NCBI GenBank assembly: GCA_965247095.1
Contig: OZ251997.1
Coordinates: 512,001 to 576,000, forward strand
DNA: 64,000 bases
Reading direction: 5' to 3'
DNA from: Candidatus Multivorans sp.
Lineage (GTDB): Bacteria; Acidobacteriota; Thermoanaerobaculia; Multivoradales; Multivoraceae
Of the stretch, positions 21,035 to 30,608 are shown piece after piece (positions within the stretch are counted from its first letter, which is position 1; every line of letters starts with the position of its first letter). The notes under the pieces were generated by a model that was given only the letters and a program-made list of their open reading frames with translations, was not told the origin of the DNA and ran no database searches. The position numbers were made by a program, and so were the translations under genes.

Positions 21035-21490
21035 TTAGCCTGACGCTGCCGGGGCGTCCGCGTGCAACGACAGCCGCTCTCGGGCTTGGAGAATGGCCAG
21101 GAGCGGCGTGCGAGGCCGCAGGTGGGCGTAGGACTGGGGAGGGCGAAAGTTGCACTCGGCGTTCTGAAGCGGAAGTGGGCTTCGCAGTCTCCGCACGTCC
21201 ACAAGTGCGATGGCCGAGATGGAGTCCCGGCCGCCGACGTAGGCGTTGAACTCGGGCCGGTCGATACCGACTCTGTCTCCCGATCGCCGCCAGACTTCTT
21301 CCGGGCTGGCACAGCGCACCGCTTGCACGGTGGCCGTGGCGACGATCTGGTGCCAAGGGCTCGTCGCGTAGAACCAGATTCTGGTGCCGGGAGGCAGGCG
21401 AACGTTGCGCCTTCGGATCTCTACGCTCTTCGTTCCCGAGAGCAGCATCTTCACGTACTTGGGTTTGATCGCCATCAGGACGTCGCTCAC
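21035..21490 (-). CDS. ASCH domain protein
   Basis: LMAIKPKYVKMLLSGTKSVEIRR, WFYATSP, RPPQSY. Confidence 0.85.
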   Translation of the reverse strand: MSDVLMAIKPKYVKMLLSGTKSVEIRRRNVRLPPGTRIWFYATSPWHQIVATATVQAVRCASPEEVWRRSGDRVGIDRPEFNAYVGGRDSISAIALVDVRRLRSPLPLQNAECNFRPPQSYAHLRPRTPLLAILQARERLSLHADAPAASG

Positions 21491-21591
21491 TTCTCGGGTC
21501 CCTCTTAGGCCGTGGGTGACGACTAGCTGCCGTGCTGGTGGCGATCTGTTGGGTTCCAGGTCGTTTCTTCGGGTTGCAACGCGCGTGGACT

Positions 21592-23853
21592 TCAAAGCCC
21601 ACGGATCGCCTTCCAGAACTCGCGTAGTGCCGGGTTCGTTGTCCCGCCCTCGCCCTCGGCGATGATCCTGGGCGGGTAGGCGAGTCTTCGGAGCTTGCCG
21701 TCGGGCCCACTCTTCTGTGTCTTCTTGTCTTCCAGCAGTCCGTGGTCGCGCAGGAGGTTTTCGAGAGCCCACCAGCACGGGTTGGTAGAGATGCCGCGCT
21801 GCTTGAGCATGCCCTCGGAGAGGTAGTACATTCTCTCGGAAACATGAAGCAGCTTATGCAGAAGTTCGATCGTTTCCTCTGCCTGCTCGCTGTACTGGGG
21901 TTGCGTCGGCGGCTCTTCGGCGGGTATCGGCATTCCAATCTTCTCGCAGATGGCGGCCATCCTGGCGGGGTCGTACTCCGTCCGGCCGTCGCGGTGCGCA
22001 AGTCCATAGAGGTCGACTCCGATCTCGAGGCGAAGCCCGCTAAGCCTGGTGGTCGAAACGTCGACCCTTAGTCCGGTGAATGTGGATTTTGTCGAGGCCT
22101 GGAAGGACCAGTCGGCGCCCCGAAAGTCCGTGTCCACGAAGTCGCAGTTCTCGACGTGCACGTTCCGCTGGACGGTATCGCGGAAGTTCGAGCCCGTGAA
22201 TGACGCCTCGAACAAGTGAGGATCAGGTGTCCGCTCGTGCTTGCACAGGAGCGCCGCGTACAGCGTACCGGCGTTCTCTCGATTCGTCTCGCGGGTCGGA
22301 ACCGGTACACGGCGGGCGGAAAGAGCGTCCAGGACCGAGGCAAGGAAGTCGGGCCCCTCTTCTTCGACATGCTCGGCGAACTCGGCTGCGACCGTGGGAC
22401 TCACCTGGGAACGCCCGAGAAGGCCGGCGACGTCTTCCTGACGGGCGAGTCGCTCGGCGAGGAAGCGGGCGACGAAGAAGGCGTAGTAGTACTCGTGGGA
22501 GAAGGCGAGCATGCGCGGACCGTTCGTGTGGGAGGATCCGTTCTGCGTCGCCAGGAAGGCGTAGGACGAGGCGCGGGAGATGAAGGCGCGAAGGTCGGGC
22601 CCGGTCATTCCAACCTCGTCGGCAAAGAGCTCGGCGATGGTGTCCAAAGAAGCCTTGTCGAGTTCTCGCCTTTCCTGCCACCACATCTCTTCGGCCAGCA
22701 TGCGCAGGAATTGCCAGTGGTTCTCCTCGGTGAGGATGGGCTGGTCCTTGGCATTGAGGAACTTGCCCACCTCGCGCCGGACGAAGCTGTCGATGATGCT
22801 GCGAATGGGCCGGTCGCCGTCGGCGAAGCCGGCGGACTCGCGAGCGGTTTCCACGGCGGCAGCCAGGAAGAACGGAGTGGAGAAGAGCTGTGCGCTCCCG
22901 TTCCCGGAGAAGGTGCTCTCGAGCTCCTCCAGAGCCTGGTCGGGTGACGCGGCTCCGAGCGTCTGGTATTGGTCGTCCTTCTTCAGATAGGTGCACATCT
23001 CCCGTTTCGTCCACGGCTGGAGCTCTACGGGAACGATTGCGAAGCTGGCATCGCTCGACGTGAACCGGTCGGCGCTCGCTCGGATCCGGCCGAAGTCGAA
23101 GTAGGTGGAACGTGCGGAAGCGATGGTTGCCCCGCGGCCGTCCAGGCGTGCGAGGAATTGAGTCAGTGCGTCGATCGCCTCGCCTCCTCCTCCCGCACCC
23201 AGGAGTTCGTCGAAGCCGTCGATGATCGGAACGATGAGCCGGTGCTTCGTGAGAGTGGCCAGTGCCCGGTACGTGAAGCGGGCGTTCAGGTCCTGAAGGA
23301 GGAGTGCCACAGCGTCGTCGAGACGCGCGAGATAGCGGGCCTGGGCATCGATGTAGAGGTAGAGGAAATCCGCGTTGTGATTCAGATACGCGTCGGCCTG
23401 ACGGTGTGCCAGGTGTCGAAGAACCACCGTCTTTCCGGCTCCGGCGGCACCGCGCAAGAACACGACGCGAGTTGCGCCGTGGGGGACGTCCGCGAGGAGA
23501 CTCTCTATGACATTCCTGGCCGAACCTTCGCCTTCGTCGGAATCCGCCGTCGTGGCCCTTGGTTCGATGTATTTGCTGTTCTCGACATCACATGCAAAGA
23601 AGATCGACTCTGCCAGAGCGGTCAGGTTCGCCATCTCCTCGGACGCCAGGAAGGCATGGTAGGCCATTCTTGAACCGTTGAGCTGAACCTCCGGGTACAT
23701 GCCGGAGCTTTGGAGGAACGTCGCTTCGTAACTCGTGCTCTGCCGGGTCCAGATTGCGGTTCCCGGTGGGAGCGCTACGCGAGAGTGCGTGTCCGCGAAC
23801 GATGCAAGATCGGCTCGAATCTCGGCCAGCAGTCGTTCACTGAGCGTTGTCAT
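21592..23853 (-). CDS. NACHT/STAND NTPase with pentapeptide-like repeats and unrecognised N- and C-terminal domains
   Basis: LRGAAGAGKT (Walker A), IIDGFDE (Walker B), ASAR (sensor), TPFFL, FSHEYYYAFF (WHD); ASFTGSNFRD..CDFVDTDFRGADW repeats. Confidence 0.82.
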   Translation of the reverse strand: MTTLSERLLAEIRADLASFADTHSRVALPPGTAIWTRQSTSYEATFLQSSGMYPEVQLNGSRMAYHAFLASEEMANLTALAESIFFACDVENSKYIEPRATTADSDEGEGSARNVIESLLADVPHGATRVVFLRGAAGAGKTVVLRHLAHRQADAYLNHNADFLYLYIDAQARYLARLDDAVALLLQDLNARFTYRALATLTKHRLIVPIIDGFDELLGAGGGGEAIDALTQFLARLDGRGATIASARSTYFDFGRIRASADRFTSSDASFAIVPVELQPWTKREMCTYLKKDDQYQTLGAASPDQALEELESTFSGNGSAQLFSTPFFLAAAVETARESAGFADGDRPIRSIIDSFVRREVGKFLNAKDQPILTEENHWQFLRMLAEEMWWQERRELDKASLDTIAELFADEVGMTGPDLRAFISRASSYAFLATQNGSSHTNGPRMLAFSHEYYYAFFVARFLAERLARQEDVAGLLGRSQVSPTVAAEFAEHVEEEGPDFLASVLDALSARRVPVPTRETNRENAGTLYAALLCKHERTPDPHLFEASFTGSNFRDTVQRNVHVENCDFVDTDFRGADWSFQASTKSTFTGLRVDVSTTRLSGLRLEIGVDLYGLAHRDGRTEYDPARMAAICEKIGMPIPAEEPPTQPQYSEQAEETIELLHKLLHVSERMYYLSEGMLKQRGISTNPCWWALENLLRDHGLLEDKKTQKSGPDGKLRRLAYPPRIIAEGEGGTTNPALREFWKAIRGL

Positions 23854-24587
23854 GGCGGGCCACCCAAGGCCAGGTACTCAACAGACATTTGAGAAAGAAG
23901 GTCGGCGTAGGAGCTCGGATACGTGCGGTCTATCGTAACGAGAAGCAGTCGGCTGTGGTCGGCAGCTCCCGCCATCAGGCCGGGCAAGATGTCGTCGTCG
24001 TTGGAGACGACGGCTACCCAGTCGGCCGCATGGTGGCGGGCAAAGTGTATCGTGTCGGCGACGATAGCCGTGTCCACGAGTTTCTGACGCTCCGCGACGA
24101 TGGCCTCGCGCGACGTGACCCCGCAGTCCGGGCGCATGGGGCATCGGTTGCGCTGCCAGTGTCTGAGATCGTCGAGAGGGCAATCGTCAGGATGGCGACA
24201 GTTGCTTGGGCGGTCGACCCTGAGAGCGGGAAGACCGGACCAGAGCCTGAGGGTGTGGCTCAGGTCATGGTCCGGCAGGGCCATGAGTGAATCGGCCATG
24301 CGGACGAAGACGCGGGAGGGTGGTCCTCCGGTCGGGTAGTAGCGTCGCGCGATGGCGCCTAACGCCTGCCTCGCCTCGGTGTGGTCGTTGGTTCTCTCGT
24401 CGTGCCAGCCGCCGTAAAGGCGGATGCGTAGGGACTCTGGCGGAGGCTGCAGTCTGCGGATCTCGCGTAGTAGCAGCGAGATGATTCCATCGAGAGCTTC
24501 GCTGTGGTCCCGGAACTTGGGACGACGGCCTCTCGGCAGGGCGGCGACGTTGAAATAGTCGACGAGGGCGTGGGCGGTGCGTGGCAT
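23850..24587 (-). CDS. NYN/PIN-like ribonuclease with four-Cys insertion
   Basis: ALVDYFN, RLYGGW, QKLVDTAIVAD, VVSNDDDILP (NYN/LabA acidic motifs); C-x5-C-x12-C-x5-C insert; stop overlaps NACHT start (ATGA). Start may be 24587 or 24638. Confidence 0.75.
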   Translation of the reverse strand: MPRTAHALVDYFNVAALPRGRRPKFRDHSEALDGIISLLLREIRRLQPPPESLRIRLYGGWHDERTNDHTEARQALGAIARRYYPTGGPPSRVFVRMADSLMALPDHDLSHTLRLWSGLPALRVDRPSNCRHPDDCPLDDLRHWQRNRCPMRPDCGVTSREAIVAERQKLVDTAIVADTIHFARHHAADWVAVVSNDDDILPGLMAGAADHSRLLLVTIDRTYPSSYADLLSQMSVEYLALGGPP

Positions 24588-24848
24588 GGGGGTTCGGTGG
24601 CGGGCGTCGGCCCGCGTGATGGAGGTGACGTGCGGCAAGGGGGTGAGCCGGCGCAGTCGGCAAGGGCTGGATCCGCTCGCTGCCGACTCGCTTGGTCAGG
24701 TCAGCCGAGGGACGTGGACGGTACCACGCCACGGGGCCCGTGATGCCGGCTTCGCAAGACGTGCCAGCCCAAGCGTGCCCGGCGATGGTCACTCCAGCCG
24801 CATCGGCAGCAGCCTGGTAGCGGGCGACTGCGGCTTCGGTGGGAGTGG

Positions 24849-25607
24849 TCAGGAGCCGTACGGAAACTCCGAGTTGGGAAAATGCTGCGCCCACAACGAG
24901 GCCGCTAATCCACGCCAGAATCGTAGGACGGCGTCGGACCAGTCGGCCAGGTCCGTTTCGGTTACATAGAGTTCGCCGCCGCCCAACGGTGCGAAGGCTA
25001 GGTGGGATGCTTGCATAGCCGCTGCTCGCCGCTGCTCGTCGACGGACGCCCCTTCTGCGGTGCTCAGCTCAAACACGAAGAGATCCGGCCTTAGCGCTGC
25101 GAGTCCGAGGGCCGATTTGCCAGAGCCGTGCTTGATGGTGTTCGCAGCGAGTCTGAGTTCCTTGAGCTTCGCTGCACCCGGCAGAGCAGTTGGAACCACT
25201 TTGGAGCCCAGCAGGCTGTAGTTCAAGGCCTTCCAGCTATACTCCGTTCCCGTTCGTGCCTCGCAGGTCTGATAGAAGAGGCTCTTCTGCTGCTGCTCGA
25301 ACAGGTGCTGCAGGCCGACTGCGAGCACGTTCAATACGCTTTGGCGGATAGCGAACATCGTTTCACCGTATTCGTTGCCATAGTCCGTCGCCCGCTCAGC
25401 CAGGTCGCCGAGGTCACCGTCGTGGTCAGGCCCGGCCGGCTGGGCGCAAAGGCGCTCGAACTCTGCGTCTGTGGCAGCCTCCGCTTCCTGCTCAAGGTTC
25501 TCGAAGACAGGGGGTATTTTCCTCAGAGCGGCTGCGCGGTAGGCCTGGACCGGAGGGACGTAGAACATGGGAATGTGGTGAGCCAGCCAGGCCGTGTCCA
25601 TGAACAT
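24849..25607 (-). CDS. hypothetical helical protein, HEPN-like
   Basis: HLFEQQ plus ELRLAANTIKHG resemble the HEPN E...RxxxNxxKH layout; lower GC than flanks. Confidence 0.5.
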   Translation of the reverse strand: MFMDTAWLAHHIPMFYVPPVQAYRAAALRKIPPVFENLEQEAEAATDAEFERLCAQPAGPDHDGDLGDLAERATDYGNEYGETMFAIRQSVLNVLAVGLQHLFEQQQKSLFYQTCEARTGTEYSWKALNYSLLGSKVVPTALPGAAKLKELRLAANTIKHGSGKSALGLAALRPDLFVFELSTAEGASVDEQRRAAAMQASHLAFAPLGGGELYVTETDLADWSDAVLRFWRGLAASLWAQHFPNSEFPYGS

Positions 25608-25669
25608 AGAGCGAGTTCCTATACGTGGGTTCGTCGGCGTCCGGAATGTTCACGGCGGCGGCGAACGGG

Positions 25670-28600
25670 TCATGCCTGGTTGAGCTGCCCTTCCGCCTCG
25701 GCTCGCCGGGCGTTGAGCTCCAGGAGCCGGGCTAGGACTTCGTCACGGACTTCGTCGGGCCAGCGGTAGCGGTAGGGCTTCTTCTTGTTGCCCCAGGTGT
25801 CTTCGTCGATCTCGTGGTCGAGGATGAACTTGCAGGCGGTCGGGATGTCGGTCCAGCCGTAGGCGTCGAGGACGGCGCGGTCCATGGCGGCGTGGAGGTC
25901 GCGGAGCTTCTGGATGGCGGGGCTGGTTTGGCCTCGGTCGTGGAAGCGGTTGTAGGTCTTGGTCAGGCCCTCGTCGTTCTCGATCATCAGGGCGGCGCGG
26001 TAGTCGTAGTAGGCCTTGCCGGCGGCTTCGAGGGCGGCGTGGGTCTCCCAAGCTTGGGGGAAGGGGAAGGTTTCGAAGCAGTCGGAGGGCGTGTACCGCA
26101 AGTCGTCTTTCATTGAAGAGCCGAAGAACCGGGCCCAGAGTTCGTGGGGGCGGGCCTGGAGGGCGCAGAGCGCGGCGTTGGTCGGGAGGGGAAAGATGAT
26201 GAGAGTCTCCGCGTAGACCATTCCGTTGGGTAGGTAAGTAGAGGCTGCGTGCTGACCGACTCGGGCGATCGCGAGGACGCGGTCCAGGTCGGCGATGGCG
26301 GCGTACAGAGCGGGTTGGCGGTCGCCGTAGTACCACCATCGGTTGCGGCGCGAGGCTCGCTTCGACTTGGAGCGTTCTGGCTTGACCCTCTCCTCGACGA
26401 TCGCGAGCAAGTCCGGCCAGTCCGCCGCGACCGGACTCGGATAGTCGACCGGCACGACGCCTCTTCGTAGCCATTCGCGGCGCATCTCGCTCGAGGCCCC
26501 GTTCCACCGTTCCGCGCCGTCTTCGCGGCGTAGCGGATAGTCCCGGAAGTTGATGACGTACCGATGATGAGCGTGAGTCGGACTAGCGTTGACCTCAGCG
26601 CCGCCGATGTACGGGAAGATCGCCTCCCGGTTGTGCGGATCGTCCTCGATCAGCCGTTCCATCTCGGCCAGAGGCGTCGCGACCCCTTTCTTGTCCGTGT
26701 CGTCGAACGTGAAGCCCATGCCGAGGACGTAGCTGCCGACGAAGCTCTTGCCGTCGTTCTCTGCGAGCCGCTCCGGGTCCTCGTGGCCGCCACTGTGGAA
26801 CAGGAAGGCGGTGATGGTCGGCTTCGGGACGCCGTCAAGCAGCCTCGCGCTGGTCCAAGGGCCACGGTGGATATGGAGAACACTGACGATGACCGCCGCG
26901 AGTCCGGGCCACTCGACACGCCGCCGCGCCCGGTAGATCGCTCCGCCGTGCTCGCAGATGTAGCGCAGGCCCGTGGCGCGGGTGTCCCCCTGGGCGATCG
27001 TGTTGGTGGCGATCAGGCCGAAGGCGCCGTTCTCACGGAGCAGATTGAAGGCGCGCCGGAAGAAGTGGGCGACCAGATCGGCGTTGCCGTGGCTCTTTTC
27101 GTGAACTTGCTGGAGCCAGTCCTTGTAGCCAGATACGTTGGCGTTGCCGATCGTGTTCTTGCCCGCGAACGGCGGGTTGCCGACGATCCCGTCAAAGCCG
27201 GGATTCTCACGCTCTCCGGGAAGGAACACTTCCGGGAACTCGATCTTCCAGTGGAACGGCGCCAGCGGGGGATTCGCCTTCCGCAGGTCGTCCAGCCAAC
27301 CGGCGTAGGCGTGGGCGCCTGGAGGGGTTGCCTCGTCTCGCGGAGGCGGCTGCAAGGCTTGGGCGAACTGCCGGCGCAACTCCTCCCGCTCCTTCGGTTT
27401 CTTGCCCTCGAAGAACGCGGCCACAGCCAGATCTCCGTGCGTCTTCACCCGCGCCAGATCATGCTCCGCTTCGTCGAGCCGATCCCGCAGTTCCTTATCG
27501 GGCGTCTCCTCGCCGGCGTCCTGGATCTCACGCCGCAGTCGGAGCGCCTTCTGGACCTGATCGCGGATCCACGTCGTTTCGATGCCAGCCTGGAAGCGCT
27601 TCTGGCTGCCCTCCCAGTGGAAGGCCTGAATCTGCTCCAGGGTGAGCCCTACGAGCGAGTCGCCGTGGCGGAAGGCATGGTCGAGGAAGGTCAACGGGTG
27701 GTCCCTTGCCAGGGTGGCGAGCCACAGGGACAGCTTCGCCAGGTCGACCGCGACCGGATTCCGGTCGACGCCGTAGAGGCAGTTGCGGGCAATGAGACGG
27801 CGGGCGTGGACGGTCTCGTCGCTGTCGGGCGGGATGTTCGGCGTGGCGTCGTAGTAGCGCCACGACTCGACCAGGACGTCGCCGAGTTGGCGGCAGGCTT
27901 CGACCAGGAAGGCGCCGGAGCCCATGGCCGGGTCGCAGATGCAGAGGTCGAGGATCTGTTCCGGGCGGGGCACGGGAGGCGTCGGCGACTCGCCGGATGC
28001 GGGGCGGGACGCCCGCGTGCCATCCGTGCGCCCGATGACGGGCGCTCGGAGTGGTTCGCGGGTGGCGCGGATCGCGCCACCCGGGTTCCCAGGGGTGACG
28101 CTTCCCATGTGGGCAGCCTCTCTTCGCAACCGATCCAGGATCGATTCCAGGGTGTCGCGGACGATCGGGCCGGTGAGCGACCTGGGCGTGTAGTGAGAGC
28201 CGGAACGCCGGCGTTCTTCGCTGGGCTGGAGGATCAGGTCGTCGCGCCGCGCCAGATCGGGCGTGGCGTCGCGGTCGATGACCGAGTCGAGGGCGGCGTG
28301 GAGTTCGTCGAGCGTGGCCGCGTCGTGGACCGCCTTCGCGGCTTTCCCGGTCAGGTTGCGGTCGGTCCGTTGCTTGGTCCATCGCACTCGGCTGCCGGCG
28401 GGCTCGGCGAGCAGTTCCTCCAGGTTCACGGTCGCTGGCGCGCCGTGCTTCTTGGCCGCCTTGATCGCCGCGGACCGCCCCCCGGCGCGTTCGAGCTGGA
28501 AGCCCATCATCGTCTCGTAGACGGCGCCGATCTGCTCGACGTCCAGGGCGCGGTAGGAGAGGCGCTCGCCGTCGAGGACGAGGAGCTTCTCCAGCGCACG

Positions 28601-29827
28601 GAAGATGGTGCCGTCGGAGACGCGGGGCGCCTGTACGCGTTCGTGGCTCTGAGCCGCGCCGACGAGGGGGCGGCCCTCCAGGAACTTGTAGCGGTCCGGG
28701 TCGAAGAGGACGCCGTGCCGGGGCGGGAGCCGCAGCCGTGCCGCTTCGGCGCCGTTGTGGACCATCCGAAACAGGGTCAGCAGTCCTGCCCAGGTGCCGT
28801 AGCGCTGGTTCATCGTGTCGGGGTGGAGCGCGGCGTCGGCCCGCAGCCGTTCGTAGAGGCCGGCAAGGGAGTAGTGGCGTTCGAAGGTCCGGTTGTCGGA
28901 CAGCAGGCCGCGCTCTTCCGCGTAGAGCAGGAACACCAGCCGCAGGACCACCGTGAGCAGGCCGCGGTAGACGTCGTTGCGGTCTTCCCGGAGCTGTTGG
29001 TTCAGCAGGTCGCCGCGCGAGGCGTCGTGGGCTGCCTGGAAGCCGCGCAGCAGCTCGTAGAGGGCGTGCAGCACCTGTCTCGCGAGCTTCTCGCTGACCT
29101 CGTTCTGGTACTTGCGGCTGTCGGCGAGCAGGGCCGCCAAGCGCTGTTCCCGCGGCAGGGCCAGCAGCCGGCGCTCGTTCAGCAGCAGTCGAAGCGCGGT
29201 GCAGATCGGCCGGCCCGCCACCAACAGCATGTCGGCAACATTGAAGTCCATCCAGCCCGAGCTCTCGCCGTGCGGCGCCGAGACGAGGCGCAGGGCGCGG
29301 CCGTTGAAGAGCAGGCCGGCGGGGACTCTCTTCGCCCGGAGCAGTCGTTCCAGCCGGCTGTGGGGCGAGGCTTCGAGCCGGCCGGCGCCGGCGGCGACCC
29401 TGTCGAAGTCCTGGCCGGGCTCAAGGGCCTGCACCAGCAGTTGCCAAGCCGGGCCTTCCTCGCTCGGTTCTAGTTCGCGGACCGCGAAGTCGGGGCGCAG
29501 CGTCTCGCCGTAGTCGGGCAGGTGAAGGCTCAGATCCTCCGGCATCGGGGCGGCGCTGCCGCCGGCGTAGCCCCTGGGCGAGAAGTTCCAGCCGAGCACG
29601 GTGCGGGCGAACGGCTCGAAATCGGGCAGGAGGGCTGAGGGCTCGTCGCCCGATCCGGACCGCCGGCATTCAACGGCCGCCTGCAGGCGGCGCTGGCCCT
29701 CCTGGTCGCTGCGTTGCAGCACCGCGCCGGCCTTGTCCAGCGCCGGCGCCGAGACGACGAGACCGGTCGGCTGCACGAAGCCGAGCCACTCCAGGTGGGC
29801 GAGCGTGTTCGCGTTCGGTTGGGCCAT
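25670..29827 (-). CDS. drmMI: DISARM class I N6-adenine methyltransferase DrmMI
   Basis: HLEWLGFVQPTGLVVS N-terminus, VEQIGAVYE, GSHYTP, DPAMGSGAFL, VGNPPF, C-terminal LRYTPSDCFETFPFP, GLTKTYNRFH; lies between drmD and drmA. Confidence 0.88.
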   Translation of the reverse strand: MAQPNANTLAHLEWLGFVQPTGLVVSAPALDKAGAVLQRSDQEGQRRLQAAVECRRSGSGDEPSALLPDFEPFARTVLGWNFSPRGYAGGSAAPMPEDLSLHLPDYGETLRPDFAVRELEPSEEGPAWQLLVQALEPGQDFDRVAAGAGRLEASPHSRLERLLRAKRVPAGLLFNGRALRLVSAPHGESSGWMDFNVADMLLVAGRPICTALRLLLNERRLLALPREQRLAALLADSRKYQNEVSEKLARQVLHALYELLRGFQAAHDASRGDLLNQQLREDRNDVYRGLLTVVLRLVFLLYAEERGLLSDNRTFERHYSLAGLYERLRADAALHPDTMNQRYGTWAGLLTLFRMVHNGAEAARLRLPPRHGVLFDPDRYKFLEGRPLVGAAQSHERVQAPRVSDGTIFRALEKLLVLDGERLSYRALDVEQIGAVYETMMGFQLERAGGRSAAIKAAKKHGAPATVNLEELLAEPAGSRVRWTKQRTDRNLTGKAAKAVHDAATLDELHAALDSVIDRDATPDLARRDDLILQPSEERRRSGSHYTPRSLTGPIVRDTLESILDRLRREAAHMGSVTPGNPGGAIRATREPLRAPVIGRTDGTRASRPASGESPTPPVPRPEQILDLCICDPAMGSGAFLVEACRQLGDVLVESWRYYDATPNIPPDSDETVHARRLIARNCLYGVDRNPVAVDLAKLSLWLATLARDHPLTFLDHAFRHGDSLVGLTLEQIQAFHWEGSQKRFQAGIETTWIRDQVQKALRLRREIQDAGEETPDKELRDRLDEAEHDLARVKTHGDLAVAAFFEGKKPKEREELRRQFAQALQPPPRDEATPPGAHAYAGWLDDLRKANPPLAPFHWKIEFPEVFLPGERENPGFDGIVGNPPFAGKNTIGNANVSGYKDWLQQVHEKSHGNADLVAHFFRRAFNLLRENGAFGLIATNTIAQGDTRATGLRYICEHGGAIYRARRRVEWPGLAAVIVSVLHIHRGPWTSARLLDGVPKPTITAFLFHSGGHEDPERLAENDGKSFVGSYVLGMGFTFDDTDKKGVATPLAEMERLIEDDPHNREAIFPYIGGAEVNASPTHAHHRYVINFRDYPLRREDGAERWNGASSEMRREWLRRGVVPVDYPSPVAADWPDLLAIVEERVKPERSKSKRASRRNRWWYYGDRQPALYAAIADLDRVLAIARVGQHAASTYLPNGMVYAETLIIFPLPTNAALCALQARPHELWARFFGSSMKDDLRYTPSDCFETFPFPQAWETHAALEAAGKAYYDYRAALMIENDEGLTKTYNRFHDRGQTSPAIQKLRDLHAAMDRAVLDAYGWTDIPTACKFILDHEIDEDTWGNKKKPYRYRWPDEVRDEVLARLLELNARRAEAEGQLNQA
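27993..28094 (-). repeat. GAAC-hairpin repeat family, full composite (head+A+B+C) inside drmMI
   Basis: CCCTGGGAAC CCGGGTGGCGCG-ATC-CGCGCCACCCG CGAACCAC TCCGAGCGCCCG-TCAT-CGGGCGCACGGA TGGCAC GCGGGC-GTCCC-GCCCCGC ATCCGG. Confidence 0.9.
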
Positions 29828-29830
29828 CGT

Positions 29831-30256
29831 CTACGGCGGGGTGAGCACGGGGATGACGCGGCGTCCAGCCTGACGGTAGATGCGAAAATCGGAGTCGAGC
29901 GTGAGAACCGAGGCGTTCTTTGTCTGCTCGACGATCCAGACCAGACAGGCATCCGCGAGCGACATCGGTATGTTGCCGTAGCGCCGCATCAAGCGGCCTA
30001 CGGCGCGGGCGTGGTCGGGGAATGCGAGTGGATCCGCGACTTTGAGGACACCGCGCTCGACGAGGGTGATCGGCAGGCTCGGATCGGCCGAGGCGCGAGC
30101 CAGCAGGAAGGAAGCCTCCGAGAGGACGGCCTCGCAGGTGAGCAGGGGCGGCGCCAGGGTCCTGAACTGATCGACGGCCCAAGCGTGATGCTCCTCGCGC
30201 GCGTCGAACGCCGCGACGATGGGCCCTGCGTCAACGACGACGGTCGGCTGTGGCAC
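29831..30256 (-). CDS. PIN domain toxin (VapC-like)
   Basis: VVDAGP, CEAVLSEA, MSLADACL, TLDSDFRIYR. Confidence 0.88.
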   Translation of the reverse strand: MPQPTVVVDAGPIVAAFDAREEHHAWAVDQFRTLAPPLLTCEAVLSEASFLLARASADPSLPITLVERGVLKVADPLAFPDHARAVGRLMRRYGNIPMSLADACLVWIVEQTKNASVLTLDSDFRIYRQAGRRVIPVLTPP

Positions 30257-30533
30257 GGGCTCTTATCGTGGCCGGCCCGCGACCCGAGTCCGCAACGATC
30301 GCCTCCTCGAGGAAGCGCGGATTCGTTGCCAGGTCACCGTGGCCGCTGTCGACGGACCCGATGAGGTCGCTCATCAGATCGGCACAACTCGGCGCGGCGG
30401 GCTCGGGGAGGCCGTCAAGGCCCTTCTCGACGATATCGCGGAGAAGGGCCGACCGTGTGACGTTGCGCCTCCGCGCTTCGCTGTCGATGGCGGCGTGGAG
30501 CTCGGCGGGCAGCTTGATGGAGAGCGTGTGCAT
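30231..30533 (-). CDS. ribbon-helix-helix (CopG-like) antitoxin
   Basis: TLSIKLPAELHAAIDSEARRRNVTRSALLRD; DLATNPRFL tail; overlaps PIN gene. Confidence 0.82.
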   Translation of the reverse strand: MHTLSIKLPAELHAAIDSEARRRNVTRSALLRDIVEKGLDGLPEPAAPSCADLMSDLIGSVDSGHGDLATNPRFLEEAIVADSGRGPATIRARATADRRR

Positions 30534-30539
30534 GAAGAA

Positions 30540-30568
30540 AGTGTAGTGCCAGTGGTTACAACATGCAA
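30540..30568 (-). promoter_or_regulatory. sigma70-like promoter, probably leaderless, for the RHH/PIN pair
   Basis: TTGCAT-17 nt-TACACT ending 6 nt before the ATG at 30533; no RBS. Confidence 0.6.
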
Positions 30569-30608
30569 TACGGTGCCGTCGTGGCGGACCTTTTTCAACG
30601 CGGCGGGG

